In this document: piece after piece, positions 9,707 to 19,273 of the stretch
Layout: every line of letters begins with the position of its first letter
How positions within the stretch are numbered: position 1 is the stretch's first letter
Assembly: GCA_017441205.1 (NCBI GenBank)
Contig: JAFRYG010000024.1
Coordinates: 6,046 to 70,045, forward strand
DNA: 64,000 bases
Direction of reading: 5' to 3'
Source: Pseudomonadota bacterium
GTDB lineage: Bacteria > Myxococcota_A > Bradymonadia > UBA4248
Notes under the pieces: model-generated
Database searches by the model: none
The model's input: only the letters and a program-made list of their open reading frames with translations
Told to the model about the DNA's origin: nothing
Made by a program: the position numbers and the translations under genes

Positions 9707-10483
9707 ATGGCAAACAACATGTCTCATACGATTGCAAAATTACTCATTGTTATGCTCTCCATCTGTCTTCTGACCTCGTGTGCTGAATCCAAAAAGAAAA
9801 CGGAAACAGCCAAACAGGTCGACACCGATTACCAGATGGCTCTGGGTTACTATGAGAACGGCAAAACGCCGGAGGCCATACGTTCTCTGGCGCTCGTTCT
9901 GGCCAATGATCCCAATCATGCCGAAGCCAATCACCTGATGGGCTTCATCCGTCTGGGACGCGGGCAATACGACGAAGCCATCCGGCATTTCAAAAAAGCC
10001 CTCGAAACCAAACCCGACATGCTGACATGCAAGAACAACCTCGGTGCTGCCTATCTCCACCAGGAAGAATACGAACAGGCCGCCGTCATCTTTAAGGAAC
10101 TGTCCCAATCTCCGCTCTATACCTCACCCTGGCTGGCATTCGGCAATCTCGGCTGGGCATACTACAATATGGGGATGACACAGGAAGCCATCGATGAAAC
10201 CGAAATGGCAGTTTCCCTGAATCCGGACTTCTGCCTTGGATTCAACAATCTTGGAATCTATTATCATGCGGTTGCCAGAGATGAAGAAGCCCTCAGCAAT
10301 CTCAATGAAGCCGCAAAACTCTGCACCAATTACGCGGAACCCCATCTCCATCTGGGAGTTATATACGATGCACAGGGTTCCACCGACCAGGCCTATACGC
10401 ACTTTAAACGCTGTGCCGAAATCACGCCCAAAAGTGACCTGGGCAAACGATGCGCCCAGAATGCCCGGATCATCCGGAATTAA
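9707..10483 (+). CDS. TPR-repeat lipoprotein.
   Basis: Lipoprotein signal (LLTSCAES). Repeated TPR consensus such as 'AIRSLALVLANDPNHAEANHLMGFIRLGRGQYDEAIRHFKKALETKPD'. Confidence 0.65.
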   Translation: MANNMSHTIAKLLIVMLSICLLTSCAESKKKTETAKQVDTDYQMALGYYENGKTPEAIRSLALVLANDPNHAEANHLMGFIRLGRGQYDEAIRHFKKALETKPDMLTCKNNLGAAYLHQEEYEQAAVIFKELSQSPLYTSPWLAFGNLGWAYYNMGMTQEAIDETEMAVSLNPDFCLGFNNLGIYYHAVARDEEALSNLNEAAKLCTNYAEPHLHLGVIYDAQGSTDQAYTHFKRCAEITPKSDLGKRCAQNARIIRN

Positions 10484-11088
10484 TGCCGCCAGACAGCTCC
10501 TTTGTGATTGACGAACGAGAACTCACCTTCGACAGACCCAATGGGAGCTGATTTTTCAAATGTTTCCGTCGTGCTCTGAACGGTTTCGACATGTTCGATC
10601 GTTCCCTGAATGGTTCCCGATATGCGCTTTCCGCGCTTGAGTGAATACTCCGTCAGTTTCAGTGTTCCCTTCAGCCGTGCCGTAATCTCACTGCTGCACG
10701 CGTTGATCTGAACCGCTGCACGGACACAGCCGTTTGCACTCACTTCAATTTCCTGCCCGACGAGGGTGTCCGGCTCCGGACACGTTTCGAGCGTTTCCGC
10801 ATTCGTCTGTTCGAAGCTGATAAACAGATAATTCTCCCACAAACTCTCCGATACCATTCGATACATGCGAATTCTGGAGTATCCGTCAAAGGGCGAATCT
10901 GCATCAAAATCATAAAATTTTAGCGGAAACTGTTTAACCACACATTCGAGTTTATCCGAAAGCGAGGCCTCCGATGCGGTAAGATCCAAAGTACCGCTGC
11001 TTTCTCCATTTCCGACATCATCGATCCACGCACATGCCGTCGACGACACGGCCAGACATCCCAGACTGAGCAATAAAAAACGTTTCAT
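10480..11088 (-). CDS. Secreted hypothetical protein.
   Basis: Start re-set to MKRFLLLSLGCLAVSSTACAW (signal peptide). The rest is hypothetical. Confidence 0.35.
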   Translation of the reverse strand: MKRFLLLSLGCLAVSSTACAWIDDVGNGESSGTLDLTASEASLSDKLECVVKQFPLKFYDFDADSPFDGYSRIRMYRMVSESLWENYLFISFEQTNAETLETCPEPDTLVGQEIEVSANGCVRAAVQINACSSEITARLKGTLKLTEYSLKRGKRISGTIQGTIEHVETVQSTTETFEKSAPIGSVEGEFSFVNHKGAVWRH

Positions 11089-11239
11089 AACAGCAAGAAT
11101 CCACTCATTGACGAATGCCAGCGCACGCCTGCATCCGATTCTGCAATATATTAATGATATGCTCCCTTCAGGGAAAGTCCGAAACAGCATTATTTCAAAT
11201 ATATCGGGATTGTTTTGGAGGGGGCAGCGCCCCCTGCGG

Positions 11240-11261
11240 TGCTATTGGCTGCGCCAATACG
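11240..11261. repeat. REP unit GCTATTGGCTGCGCCAATACGC, the reverse complement of the duplicated unit at 39.06 kb with one mismatch.
   Basis: Direct comparison of the two loci. Flanked by the GGGGGCAGCGCCCCC palindrome. Confidence 0.6.
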
Positions 11262-11561
11262 CACCTACCCCCTGTGCGGGAGTGCCCGCAACGCCCCGCA
11301 AACCTGAATCCCAACAATTTGCCTCAGTTCGCAAAAAGTCTGTTCACTTCACCTCCCAAATCTGATATTCATAAAAAGTATTCTCCGTCAAAACAAATAC
11401 ATGAACTCGCCATTACGCAATTATTTTGTTATGTTGCATAATGTATGGAAGTGAAGAAACGCAGTCTCTGCGCTTCATCGGACATAAACAGTCCATTTTT
11501 GGCGTTTGGTATTGTATCTGCGCCATGTTTGACGCATCACCTCAAGTACATCCGTATTCCC

Positions 11562-14500
11562 ATGTTACGAAAGCTATCCCTGTCCATTGCCCTGTTCCTC
11601 GCAATTTGTTCCCCAGCCCAGGCCGAAACGCCTGCATCGGGGCAAGCTCAAAAACTCGCCGCGCTCATGCAGCAAACGGCGATTGCGGATTCCCTGGGTG
11701 CAGAAGATGCCAATCTGAGTGAAATCGTTAAAATTCAGTCAGATGATCCCATACTTTCGCGCTATCTGGAATGGTCGAGACAATACTATTCACAAAAGTA
11801 TCAGGTTAGTCCCAAGGATTCGCCGCTGCCCGGAGCGGTAACCCAATTTTTCGTCTCATTTCCTTTTGCCAGCACCTCGATGTTTGATTTCGCACGTCCC
11901 TTTTCGCCCGAATCGGGATATGACACATCGAAATCACAGGAAGGTGCCATGTATCCGGCACTAAACTGGATGAAATACGAATCCACCGGAAACTACAGTG
12001 CTGTCCTTGCCCAGGAATGCATTGACAATTCCGGCTTTGTTACGATGTTCCTTGCGACTCGCATACGCATCGATGAGGCCAAGGGAATCGATGCATATCT
12101 CGAAATTCCATCATCCACGCCGGTCGTTGCCTGGATGAACGGCAAAAGAGTACTCGAAAACATCGAAAAAGGCCCGACACCTGCCCCAAAATACGGAGAA
12201 CGATGGCCAATACACCTCAATGACGGAGAAAACATCCTCACCATTAAGGTTGCAGCCCTCGAAACACAGCCGGCATTCTACGTTTTTCTGACGGATCGCA
12301 AGACGGGCAATCCGATTCCCTTCAAAATCGATTTGGAGCAACCCATCGTTTCAGGGCCGCTGGATGACTCGCGCCCGGAAACATCCGAACCGTCCGTTCT
12401 ATTATCCCTGTATAAGGATCAAAGCAATTCACCTGCCCTGCGATCCTATATCGCACGCGAAATCTTTTCCGAAGAAGAAGCCGATCGCCTCGTCAACGAT
12501 CTGCTGTTTACCGATGTTGAAGCGACATCCAATCTGCCGCCCGACGATTTGGAACTGGCAATTCTGGCACTCAACAACCATCCCAAAAGTCTGCAGTTTA
12601 TGGTCCGGGCAATGAAAAAACATGCCAATGATCCGCGCATGCAGCTTCTCTATGCCCGCCAGATGATTCTGGCATCCGAAGATCAGGGGGATACCGGCGT
12701 CCGCTTTGTCGATGAATGGCCGCAAATCCACCAAAACCTCGTTTCGATGACCGCACCCGTCGTCAATGGCATCTCCTACGAACCTCTCAGACGCAAACTC
12801 ATTGCTCTGTCGGAACTCAATGCCCAGCAGACGCTGACTGCCATCCGCGAAATTTCAAAAGATCCGCAAAAATGCCCCGAATGCGAACGATATCTGATTC
12901 CAAATATGATGGGATCATTGACGGATCGTTACCTGGTTGCAGAACATCTCGACTATCTCGAAAAACAGCTCGAGCATGACAGGAATTCATCGGCGCTGCT
13001 CGTCGATATCATGGACGGAAAACTCCGTCGTGCCGTGCTGCGCAATGATGAGTCGGAATTGGCCAAAACACTCGCCGAAATCCAGCAGTCGAGCGAATCA
13101 TTTTTCAAAATTCATCCTTACGACGACTATTTCTGGTCATTCTGGCTCAACGTGGTTTCTGAATATGGACTGGATTCCGAGCGCGTTAAAGCCTCACCGG
13201 AACTTGCGCAAAAGCTCTCTGATGCCGGTTTTTCGGCAGATGCAGACACATGGTTCATGCTTTACCTGTCCCAGAGAGTCAATGATCCCAAACGATGGCA
13301 AAGATATGCAGAGCATTGCCTGAAAACGGGACAAACCGCCGAAGTCATATCTGCCTACGAGATGGCCTCACGCCTTCAGCCCCAGGATACATCACTTTCG
13401 GAACGTTCCGAAATGATGAAAAAGATCGCAAACCATCCGGAAACAGAAAAAGCTGCAGCCAGTTCGGAACCGTCGTTCGAAACGCCGTATATCATCCGCG
13501 AAATTCCTGATAACCGGGATGCCAATGCAACAGGCCTGGTTTCACTGCTCGACAATCGGGTCGTCAAAATCCACGAAAATGGCCTTTCTTCCACGTACAA
13601 CCAAATCGCATTTCAAATTCTCGACGAACAGGGGCTCAAGGCTGTCCGTATGATGCCGATCAACTACTCGCCGACGGACGAAAAGCTGGAAATCATCTCG
13701 GTCACAACGATGAAAAAAGACGGTTCTGTACGTCGTCTGTACGAAACGACCGAGTACAATACTGCCGACGAATCCGTAAAAATGTACTACGATCAGCGGC
13801 AAGTCGTCATTGAAGTTCCTGGACTCGCCGTTGGCGATCGCATCGAATACCAATTCAGGCGAACGCAGATTCAGCGAGCAGCGAGCAGTGTTTCATTTTT
13901 CAGCGACATCTATCAGCTTCAATCCTGGTTCAATCGCCAATGGTCCAGATACACGATCATTGCTCCGGAATCGACGAATGTCACTCTGCTTCGCCACACG
14001 CCGGCGGGGAATCCGACTCAGGTCGGCACGAGCAAAAAGGAAGGCGGCAATATTGTCATTACCTACGAAGAAAAGGATACCCCAAGACTTCTTGCCGAAC
14101 CCCAGATGCCTGGTGCCACAGAAGTCATGCCATTCCTGCTCGTATCGACATTCAGGACCTGGCAGGAACTGACTGACTGGTTTATCGATCTGGCCTCCCC
14201 GCAATGGAAAGCGGATGACGCGATTCGCGCCAAAGTTCAGGAGCTGACCAAAGGCATCGATGATCCCTTCGAAAAGCTCAAACGAATTCATAGTTTTGTC
14301 GTCAAGTCGACGCGATACGTTGCGCTCGAATTCGGCATTCATGGGCATAAACCCTATCCGGCAGCTCAGATTTTTGAACGCCGGTTCGGCGACTGCAAGG
14401 ACAAAGCCAGTCTTCTCAAGGTCATGCTCAGGGAAGCCGGCATTGAGTCAGAATTTGTTTTGGCCAGAACGCGCCAGAATGGCGATGTTACCCTCGATCT

Positions 14501-15323
14501 TCCCAATCCCTATCTGTTTGATCATGCCATACTGTACGTACCGCAGTTTGATCTGTTCCTGGATGGAACGGCGGAATTCAGCGGTACAAGGGAACTTCCT
14601 GCGATGGATCAGGATGCACAGGTACTCGTTCTGAGTGACGCATCCACCTACAAACTGCAAAAGATACCGGTTTCCAAACCATCCGACAATCACGTCCAGC
14701 AAACCTGGGAATTTGATCTGACCCAGGGACAGGATGTCTCATTTGCCTACCATGCAGACTATAGCGGTTACATGGCCCCGAGTTATCGTGAGCGCTACCA
14801 GATTGATTCGCTGCAGCGCGAGCGTCTCGAATCAGAAATTGCCTATAATATCCACGGTTCACAGCTTAAATCCTTCGAATTTTCAGATCTTTCCGATCTC
14901 GAAAAAGACGTTTCACTCAACTATACGGCAACGACGACGCTGAGTGACATCGTCAAGTCGGACGGCAGTCTGTGGCTGGTTACCCCCATGGTCATGCCGA
15001 GCCAGATGGCCAAGAGCTTTGCCTCATCCGCCAAGCGCCGAACACCCATTGTTCAGGCCGTCCCGTTTGTCATCGATAAAACGATTACGCTCATCCTGCC
15101 GCCCGGAGCCAAAGTGACATTGCCGGAAGCAGTCAGTGAATCCGGAAAGTTTGGTTCCTACACGATCACCTCGTCCCTTGCGGATAACCGTCTGACGACC
15201 CAGATTCAGCTTACGCTGACCCAGGTCAAGATTCAGCCCGACGACTATCCTGGGTACCTGGACTTTTTACAAAGCTATGATCGCCGTCTGAACACTCAGT
15301 TCCAAATCAATCTGTCCAAATAA
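11562..15323 (+). CDS. Large secreted protein (~1,250 aa) with a C-proximal transglutaminase-like catalytic domain (DUF3857/transglutaminase-type architecture).
   Basis: Signal peptide MLRKLSLSIALFLAICSPAQA. The catalytic triad context 'RRFGDCKDKASLLKVMLREAGIESEFVLART...LFDHAILYVPQFDLFLDGT' (Cys, His, Asp) can be read directly. The DUF name is from memory of domain architectures. Confidence 0.6.
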   Translation: MLRKLSLSIALFLAICSPAQAETPASGQAQKLAALMQQTAIADSLGAEDANLSEIVKIQSDDPILSRYLEWSRQYYSQKYQVSPKDSPLPGAVTQFFVSFPFASTSMFDFARPFSPESGYDTSKSQEGAMYPALNWMKYESTGNYSAVLAQECIDNSGFVTMFLATRIRIDEAKGIDAYLEIPSSTPVVAWMNGKRVLENIEKGPTPAPKYGERWPIHLNDGENILTIKVAALETQPAFYVFLTDRKTGNPIPFKIDLEQPIVSGPLDDSRPETSEPSVLLSLYKDQSNSPALRSYIAREIFSEEEADRLVNDLLFTDVEATSNLPPDDLELAILALNNHPKSLQFMVRAMKKHANDPRMQLLYARQMILASEDQGDTGVRFVDEWPQIHQNLVSMTAPVVNGISYEPLRRKLIALSELNAQQTLTAIREISKDPQKCPECERYLIPNMMGSLTDRYLVAEHLDYLEKQLEHDRNSSALLVDIMDGKLRRAVLRNDESELAKTLAEIQQSSESFFKIHPYDDYFWSFWLNVVSEYGLDSERVKASPELAQKLSDAGFSADADTWFMLYLSQRVNDPKRWQRYAEHCLKTGQTAEVISAYEMASRLQPQDTSLSERSEMMKKIANHPETEKAAASSEPSFETPYIIREIPDNRDANATGLVSLLDNRVVKIHENGLSSTYNQIAFQILDEQGLKAVRMMPINYSPTDEKLEIISVTTMKKDGSVRRLYETTEYNTADESVKMYYDQRQVVIEVPGLAVGDRIEYQFRRTQIQRAASSVSFFSDIYQLQSWFNRQWSRYTIIAPESTNVTLLRHTPAGNPTQVGTSKKEGGNIVITYEEKDTPRLLAEPQMPGATEVMPFLLVSTFRTWQELTDWFIDLASPQWKADDAIRAKVQELTKGIDDPFEKLKRIHSFVVKSTRYVALEFGIHGHKPYPAAQIFERRFGDCKDKASLLKVMLREAGIESEFVLARTRQNGDVTLDLPNPYLFDHAILYVPQFDLFLDGTAEFSGTRELPAMDQDAQVLVLSDASTYKLQKIPVSKPSDNHVQQTWEFDLTQGQDVSFAYHADYSGYMAPSYRERYQIDSLQRERLESEIAYNIHGSQLKSFEFSDLSDLEKDVSLNYTATTTLSDIVKSDGSLWLVTPMVMPSQMAKSFASSAKRRTPIVQAVPFVIDKTITLILPPGAKVTLPEAVSESGKFGSYTITSSLADNRLTTQIQLTLTQVKIQPDDYPGYLDFLQSYDRRLNTQFQINLSK

Positions 15324-15356
15324 ATTCTGTTCCCAACTCCAACATAAGCTGAAGAT

Positions 15357-18300
15357 ATGCGCAAAATAGCCTTTGTATTGGCCCTTTCCCTTACTGTTCT
15401 GTCATACGGCTGTGCGACGACATCCCAGTCACGCCAGGGCACATGGTCTGCATGGCCCTCGCAAGCCTCGATGTCCGATACGCTGAAATCCTCGATTGCC
15501 GACATGAAATCGGGCGATCTGCAGGCTGCCGATGCCAGATTGACGCCTGACGTCAGATCCGCCGATCCTGCAGCCAGTTACCTGCATGCAGAGATTACTG
15601 CCCTGCGCGGACAGACGGCTGCTGCCGCAGATTTGATGACGGATTTTATCGCACAAAACCCACAGAATCCGCTCGTTTCTGCAGCGCTCGTCAGGCTTCT
15701 CTCCCTGAGCAATACCTCCAGTTCTCCGCTCAACTGGGAAAAGGTATCCCAGCTGAAAGTCAACGATCCCTATGCCGCTGCGCGCCTCGTCATTCTTCAA
15801 AACCGGGCACTCAGGGAAACCCATCATCCCGACCTGAAGCATCCGACAGCCCTGCCCCTGGTAAAATGGCAATGGGTTGGACCATTTACCCCTTATATTT
15901 ACACGGGATTCGAATCTGAACAGCCATTTGACGGCGATCCCATCCTCGGCGAAAGCTACGAATTGGACGGCAAACGACTCGAACGCTTTCAATACCCTGC
16001 GGACAGTTCAACGCCCATGGCATCCTCCATGTCGGGCGTTTATGCCGCAGAAACCCGCATTCAGGTCGATCGTGAAATGCCGGTTCAAATCATCGTTCAG
16101 GGCGCGCAGCTCTATACGATATTTGTCGACGGCAATCCCGTACTCTCGCGCGATTTCTCGCAATTCGGCAAGGAATCCGTACTTGCTTCGCGCTTCGTTC
16201 TTCCCCAGGGAGAACATATCATTCGACTGCGTCTTGGATTGAATGCAGCCACCGCTTCCAATCACCACGTTGCCCTTTGGATTGCGCCGTCGGATTTCAC
16301 CAGCAAAACAGACGATCTCAGTGCCCTCAGGGAACTTGACGATTTGTCCGGCAAATTGCCGGATAAAACAGAAATCAAAAAACTCGAACGCATCGACCTG
16401 ACGCATATTCTCGGCAGCACGACAGAACCAGCTGCTGATGAAACCATGCGTTCGTGGATCGGTGCATCCATGGCAGTTCTGACCGGAAGACCCCAAATCG
16501 CCGAAACCCTGATTCAGGGAGCTCTTCAGAAAGATCCCGACGATATCATTGCCCAGTATTGGAAAGCCATGCGATATCGGGCAGACGCCGATCTTGATCC
16601 TTCGCTCAGATCAGAAAATACCATCCATATTCTCAAGGATATTGCAAAAAAAGCGCCGCAGCTCGCAGCGGTTCAGCAGCTGCTCATTTCGGAATTTCTC
16701 AAACAGCAGCAGCCCAAACAGGCACTCGAAATCTGGGAAAAACATAAGAATACCCTGCCCGATACTGCAGAAATGAATTCCCTGCTGAGCGAGCTGTCCA
16801 AAACACTCGAATGGTATGACATTTCGAAGGAATATGCCCTCAAAGCCATGCAGAAGGCACCGAATTCCTGTTCGCTCGCAGTCAATGCATTTAACATCCA
16901 GACGCAGCGCAATGCCTATACATCGTTCGAGCAGCTGTCTCCGCGAATCCAGTCCTGTCCATCCATCGTTCGCGCCTATTCAAAGCTGGAAGGCAATGAT
17001 GCCGCTGAAAAATCGCGCTGGTTCAATGCGCTCGATCAGCTCGCCAAAGACAATCCCAACGACAGCTCAATCCGCCTGGAAGCCATTCTGGCCAAATCTC
17101 CGACGGCCCCAGAAAGTGCTGCGCGCGAATTTCTCGAACTCCTCGATGCCGTGTCAAAAGGCTATTATCCCAATATTTCGACAGAATCGGCGCTGGTATT
17201 GATAGATAATCTGCGCGCCGCCGGACACGAAAAGGAAGCCGAAAACGTTTTGGCAAAGATTCTCGAGCTCTATCCTGTCGCAGAAGTTTTCAGAAATATG
17301 GAATGGCAGCACCACCAGGATCGTCCTTTGAGTGAACTGCGCATTGACGGCATGAATACCATCAAAGAATATCTCGCACAGAACCGAGACGATGCCGGCA
17401 GCTCCGTCATGCTCCTGGATTATGCAGCCACCCGGATTTTCCCCACGGGTGCAAAACTGGGACTGACGCATCAGATTTCGCGCGTTCTGAGCAAAGAAGG
17501 CAAAAATGAGGTCGGCGAAATCTATCTTCCCTCCCACGCATCAGTTCTCAGAATCCGTACGATAAAAGATGGAACATTCGAAATCGTCGAACCGGAAACC
17601 ATCGATTTTAAAGATTCTGTCACTGCCCCCAACCTCGAAGTCGGCGACTATGTTGAAGTCGAATATCTGACATTCGAACCAGCGGCTTCGCGCTACATTC
17701 CCCGAGTTGCAACCGATACATTTTTCTATGGTTCCAACCAGAGCCCGCTCGTCCGCTCGGAGTATGTGTTTGAATACCCCAAAGACTGGCATGTCGAGAT
17801 CGTGGAATCCGGCCCCCGGAATCAGATTCAGCAATCCTGTGCACCGGTTGGCGAATTCATGCGTTGCTCGGCAAAACGAGAAAACATCCCGGTATTCATT
17901 CCTGAACCGCGTGCGGCCTCTCCTATCGATCTGATACCCAATATCCAGGTTTATTATCATTACGACTGGGATTACATCCGCCAGGGACTCCATGAATCCA
18001 TTACACGCCAAACGCGCGTAACCCCATACGTTCAGAGATTTTACGATAAACTTGCCGTTCCCGAAGGCGATTCGGTCTGGGAACATGCGAGAGCCATCTA
18101 CGATCAAGTCGTTGAAAGCATCGACGAAAGTGAAACGATGCGCACCAATGATGACGAAACCGCGACGAATTCCATCACGCGTGGAACCGGTTCGCGATTC
18201 ATTACCCTGAAATCGCTCTACGATATTGCCGACATTCCGAATTATTTTGCGCTCGTACACTCCATCCTGGCACCGGAAAACAGCGAACAGCTGCCTTCCA

Positions 18301-19130
18301 TGTACGAAAATGCCTATGTCACCCTGCTCGTCGTCGAAACCGAAAAGGGACCGGCATATCTTCAGCCGACAGAAGATTATATCCCCTTTGACTACTTATC
18401 GGCAGATCTTCAGGGACAGACGGTCATTCCCGTCGATCCCGCCTACGAAAGATTCATTTCGCGCCAGGAGAATCCGGAACTGCAGAGAGCAACGATCGCT
18501 ATTCAATACGAAATTTCTGAAGACGGCACAGCCAAAGCAAAATCGACTGAAGTCATGAGAGGCTCCCGGGCTCTCGTCATGCGCAACTTTCTCAATACGG
18601 TCAAAAACGATAATGACAAAGCCCAGCAGGTCGTTCAGAACAGCCTTGCCAATAACTATGGCCGCATCGAACTGACGCGCCTGGAGCACGAACAGCTCGA
18701 CGACAAGAATAAGCCCCTGACACTGCACTACGATTTCGATATCGCGAGTTTTGCCGCAGCATCAGATGGTAAGCTGGATATTATTTCGCGCATATTCGCA
18801 TATAATCTCGTCAATCAGTTTGCCCAGCTTCCGCCTTCCCAAAGGAAATATCCTGTACTCATCGATTCCGACATGCTTTCGGAACGAACGCTCACGTTCC
18901 ATGCTCCTGCCGGTTATACCTGGGATACGACGACACTGCAGGACATCAGTCTGGAGACAAAATTCGGCAAATTCAGCCGTCATACCCAACTCAACGCCGA
19001 GACCCTCGAAGTCAAAGAATCCATACAAATCCGTCCTCAGCGCATCCAGCTTGATCAGTATGCGGAATTCAGGGAATTCTGCCTCGCGGTGGATGAAGCC
19101 CAGAGAACTGTGATTTCGGCCAAAAAGTAG
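15357..19130 (+). CDS. Paralog of the preceding large protein: a lipoprotein of similar size and architecture whose equivalent triad positions appear substituted (likely inactive).
   Basis: Lipoprotein signal (LSYGCATTS). The segment 'RGTGSRFITLKSLYDIADIPNYFALVHS...YENAYVTLLV...YLQPT' aligns by eye to the active-site region of 11562..15323 with C>S, H>N and D>Q. Confidence 0.5.
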   Translation: MRKIAFVLALSLTVLSYGCATTSQSRQGTWSAWPSQASMSDTLKSSIADMKSGDLQAADARLTPDVRSADPAASYLHAEITALRGQTAAAADLMTDFIAQNPQNPLVSAALVRLLSLSNTSSSPLNWEKVSQLKVNDPYAAARLVILQNRALRETHHPDLKHPTALPLVKWQWVGPFTPYIYTGFESEQPFDGDPILGESYELDGKRLERFQYPADSSTPMASSMSGVYAAETRIQVDREMPVQIIVQGAQLYTIFVDGNPVLSRDFSQFGKESVLASRFVLPQGEHIIRLRLGLNAATASNHHVALWIAPSDFTSKTDDLSALRELDDLSGKLPDKTEIKKLERIDLTHILGSTTEPAADETMRSWIGASMAVLTGRPQIAETLIQGALQKDPDDIIAQYWKAMRYRADADLDPSLRSENTIHILKDIAKKAPQLAAVQQLLISEFLKQQQPKQALEIWEKHKNTLPDTAEMNSLLSELSKTLEWYDISKEYALKAMQKAPNSCSLAVNAFNIQTQRNAYTSFEQLSPRIQSCPSIVRAYSKLEGNDAAEKSRWFNALDQLAKDNPNDSSIRLEAILAKSPTAPESAAREFLELLDAVSKGYYPNISTESALVLIDNLRAAGHEKEAENVLAKILELYPVAEVFRNMEWQHHQDRPLSELRIDGMNTIKEYLAQNRDDAGSSVMLLDYAATRIFPTGAKLGLTHQISRVLSKEGKNEVGEIYLPSHASVLRIRTIKDGTFEIVEPETIDFKDSVTAPNLEVGDYVEVEYLTFEPAASRYIPRVATDTFFYGSNQSPLVRSEYVFEYPKDWHVEIVESGPRNQIQQSCAPVGEFMRCSAKRENIPVFIPEPRAASPIDLIPNIQVYYHYDWDYIRQGLHESITRQTRVTPYVQRFYDKLAVPEGDSVWEHARAIYDQVVESIDESETMRTNDDETATNSITRGTGSRFITLKSLYDIADIPNYFALVHSILAPENSEQLPSMYENAYVTLLVVETEKGPAYLQPTEDYIPFDYLSADLQGQTVIPVDPAYERFISRQENPELQRATIAIQYEISEDGTAKAKSTEVMRGSRALVMRNFLNTVKNDNDKAQQVVQNSLANNYGRIELTRLEHEQLDDKNKPLTLHYDFDIASFAAASDGKLDIISRIFAYNLVNQFAQLPPSQRKYPVLIDSDMLSERTLTFHAPAGYTWDTTTLQDISLETKFGKFSRHTQLNAETLEVKESIQIRPQRIQLDQYAEFREFCLAVDEAQRTVISAKK

Positions 19131-19167
19131 TTTTGCTTTTTTCCGGGAACACCTCACCAATAAAAAA

Positions 19168-19268
19168 GAGGCGCCGCGTATGGGGAAGGCTTGAAAAGCC
19201 ATTTCCCATAGCGGCGCCCAGGGCGAGCCGTATGGGCGTCTGCCATTTGCAGCGCCCATAGGCGAGTG
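19168..19268. repeat. REP-like GC-rich palindromes (GGCGCCGCGTATGGG...CCCATAGCGGCGCC; GAGCCGTATGGGCGTCTGCC...GCGCCCATAGGCGAG).
   Basis: Direct reading. Lies between convergent genes. Confidence 0.6.
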
Positions 19269-19273
19269 CCAGA

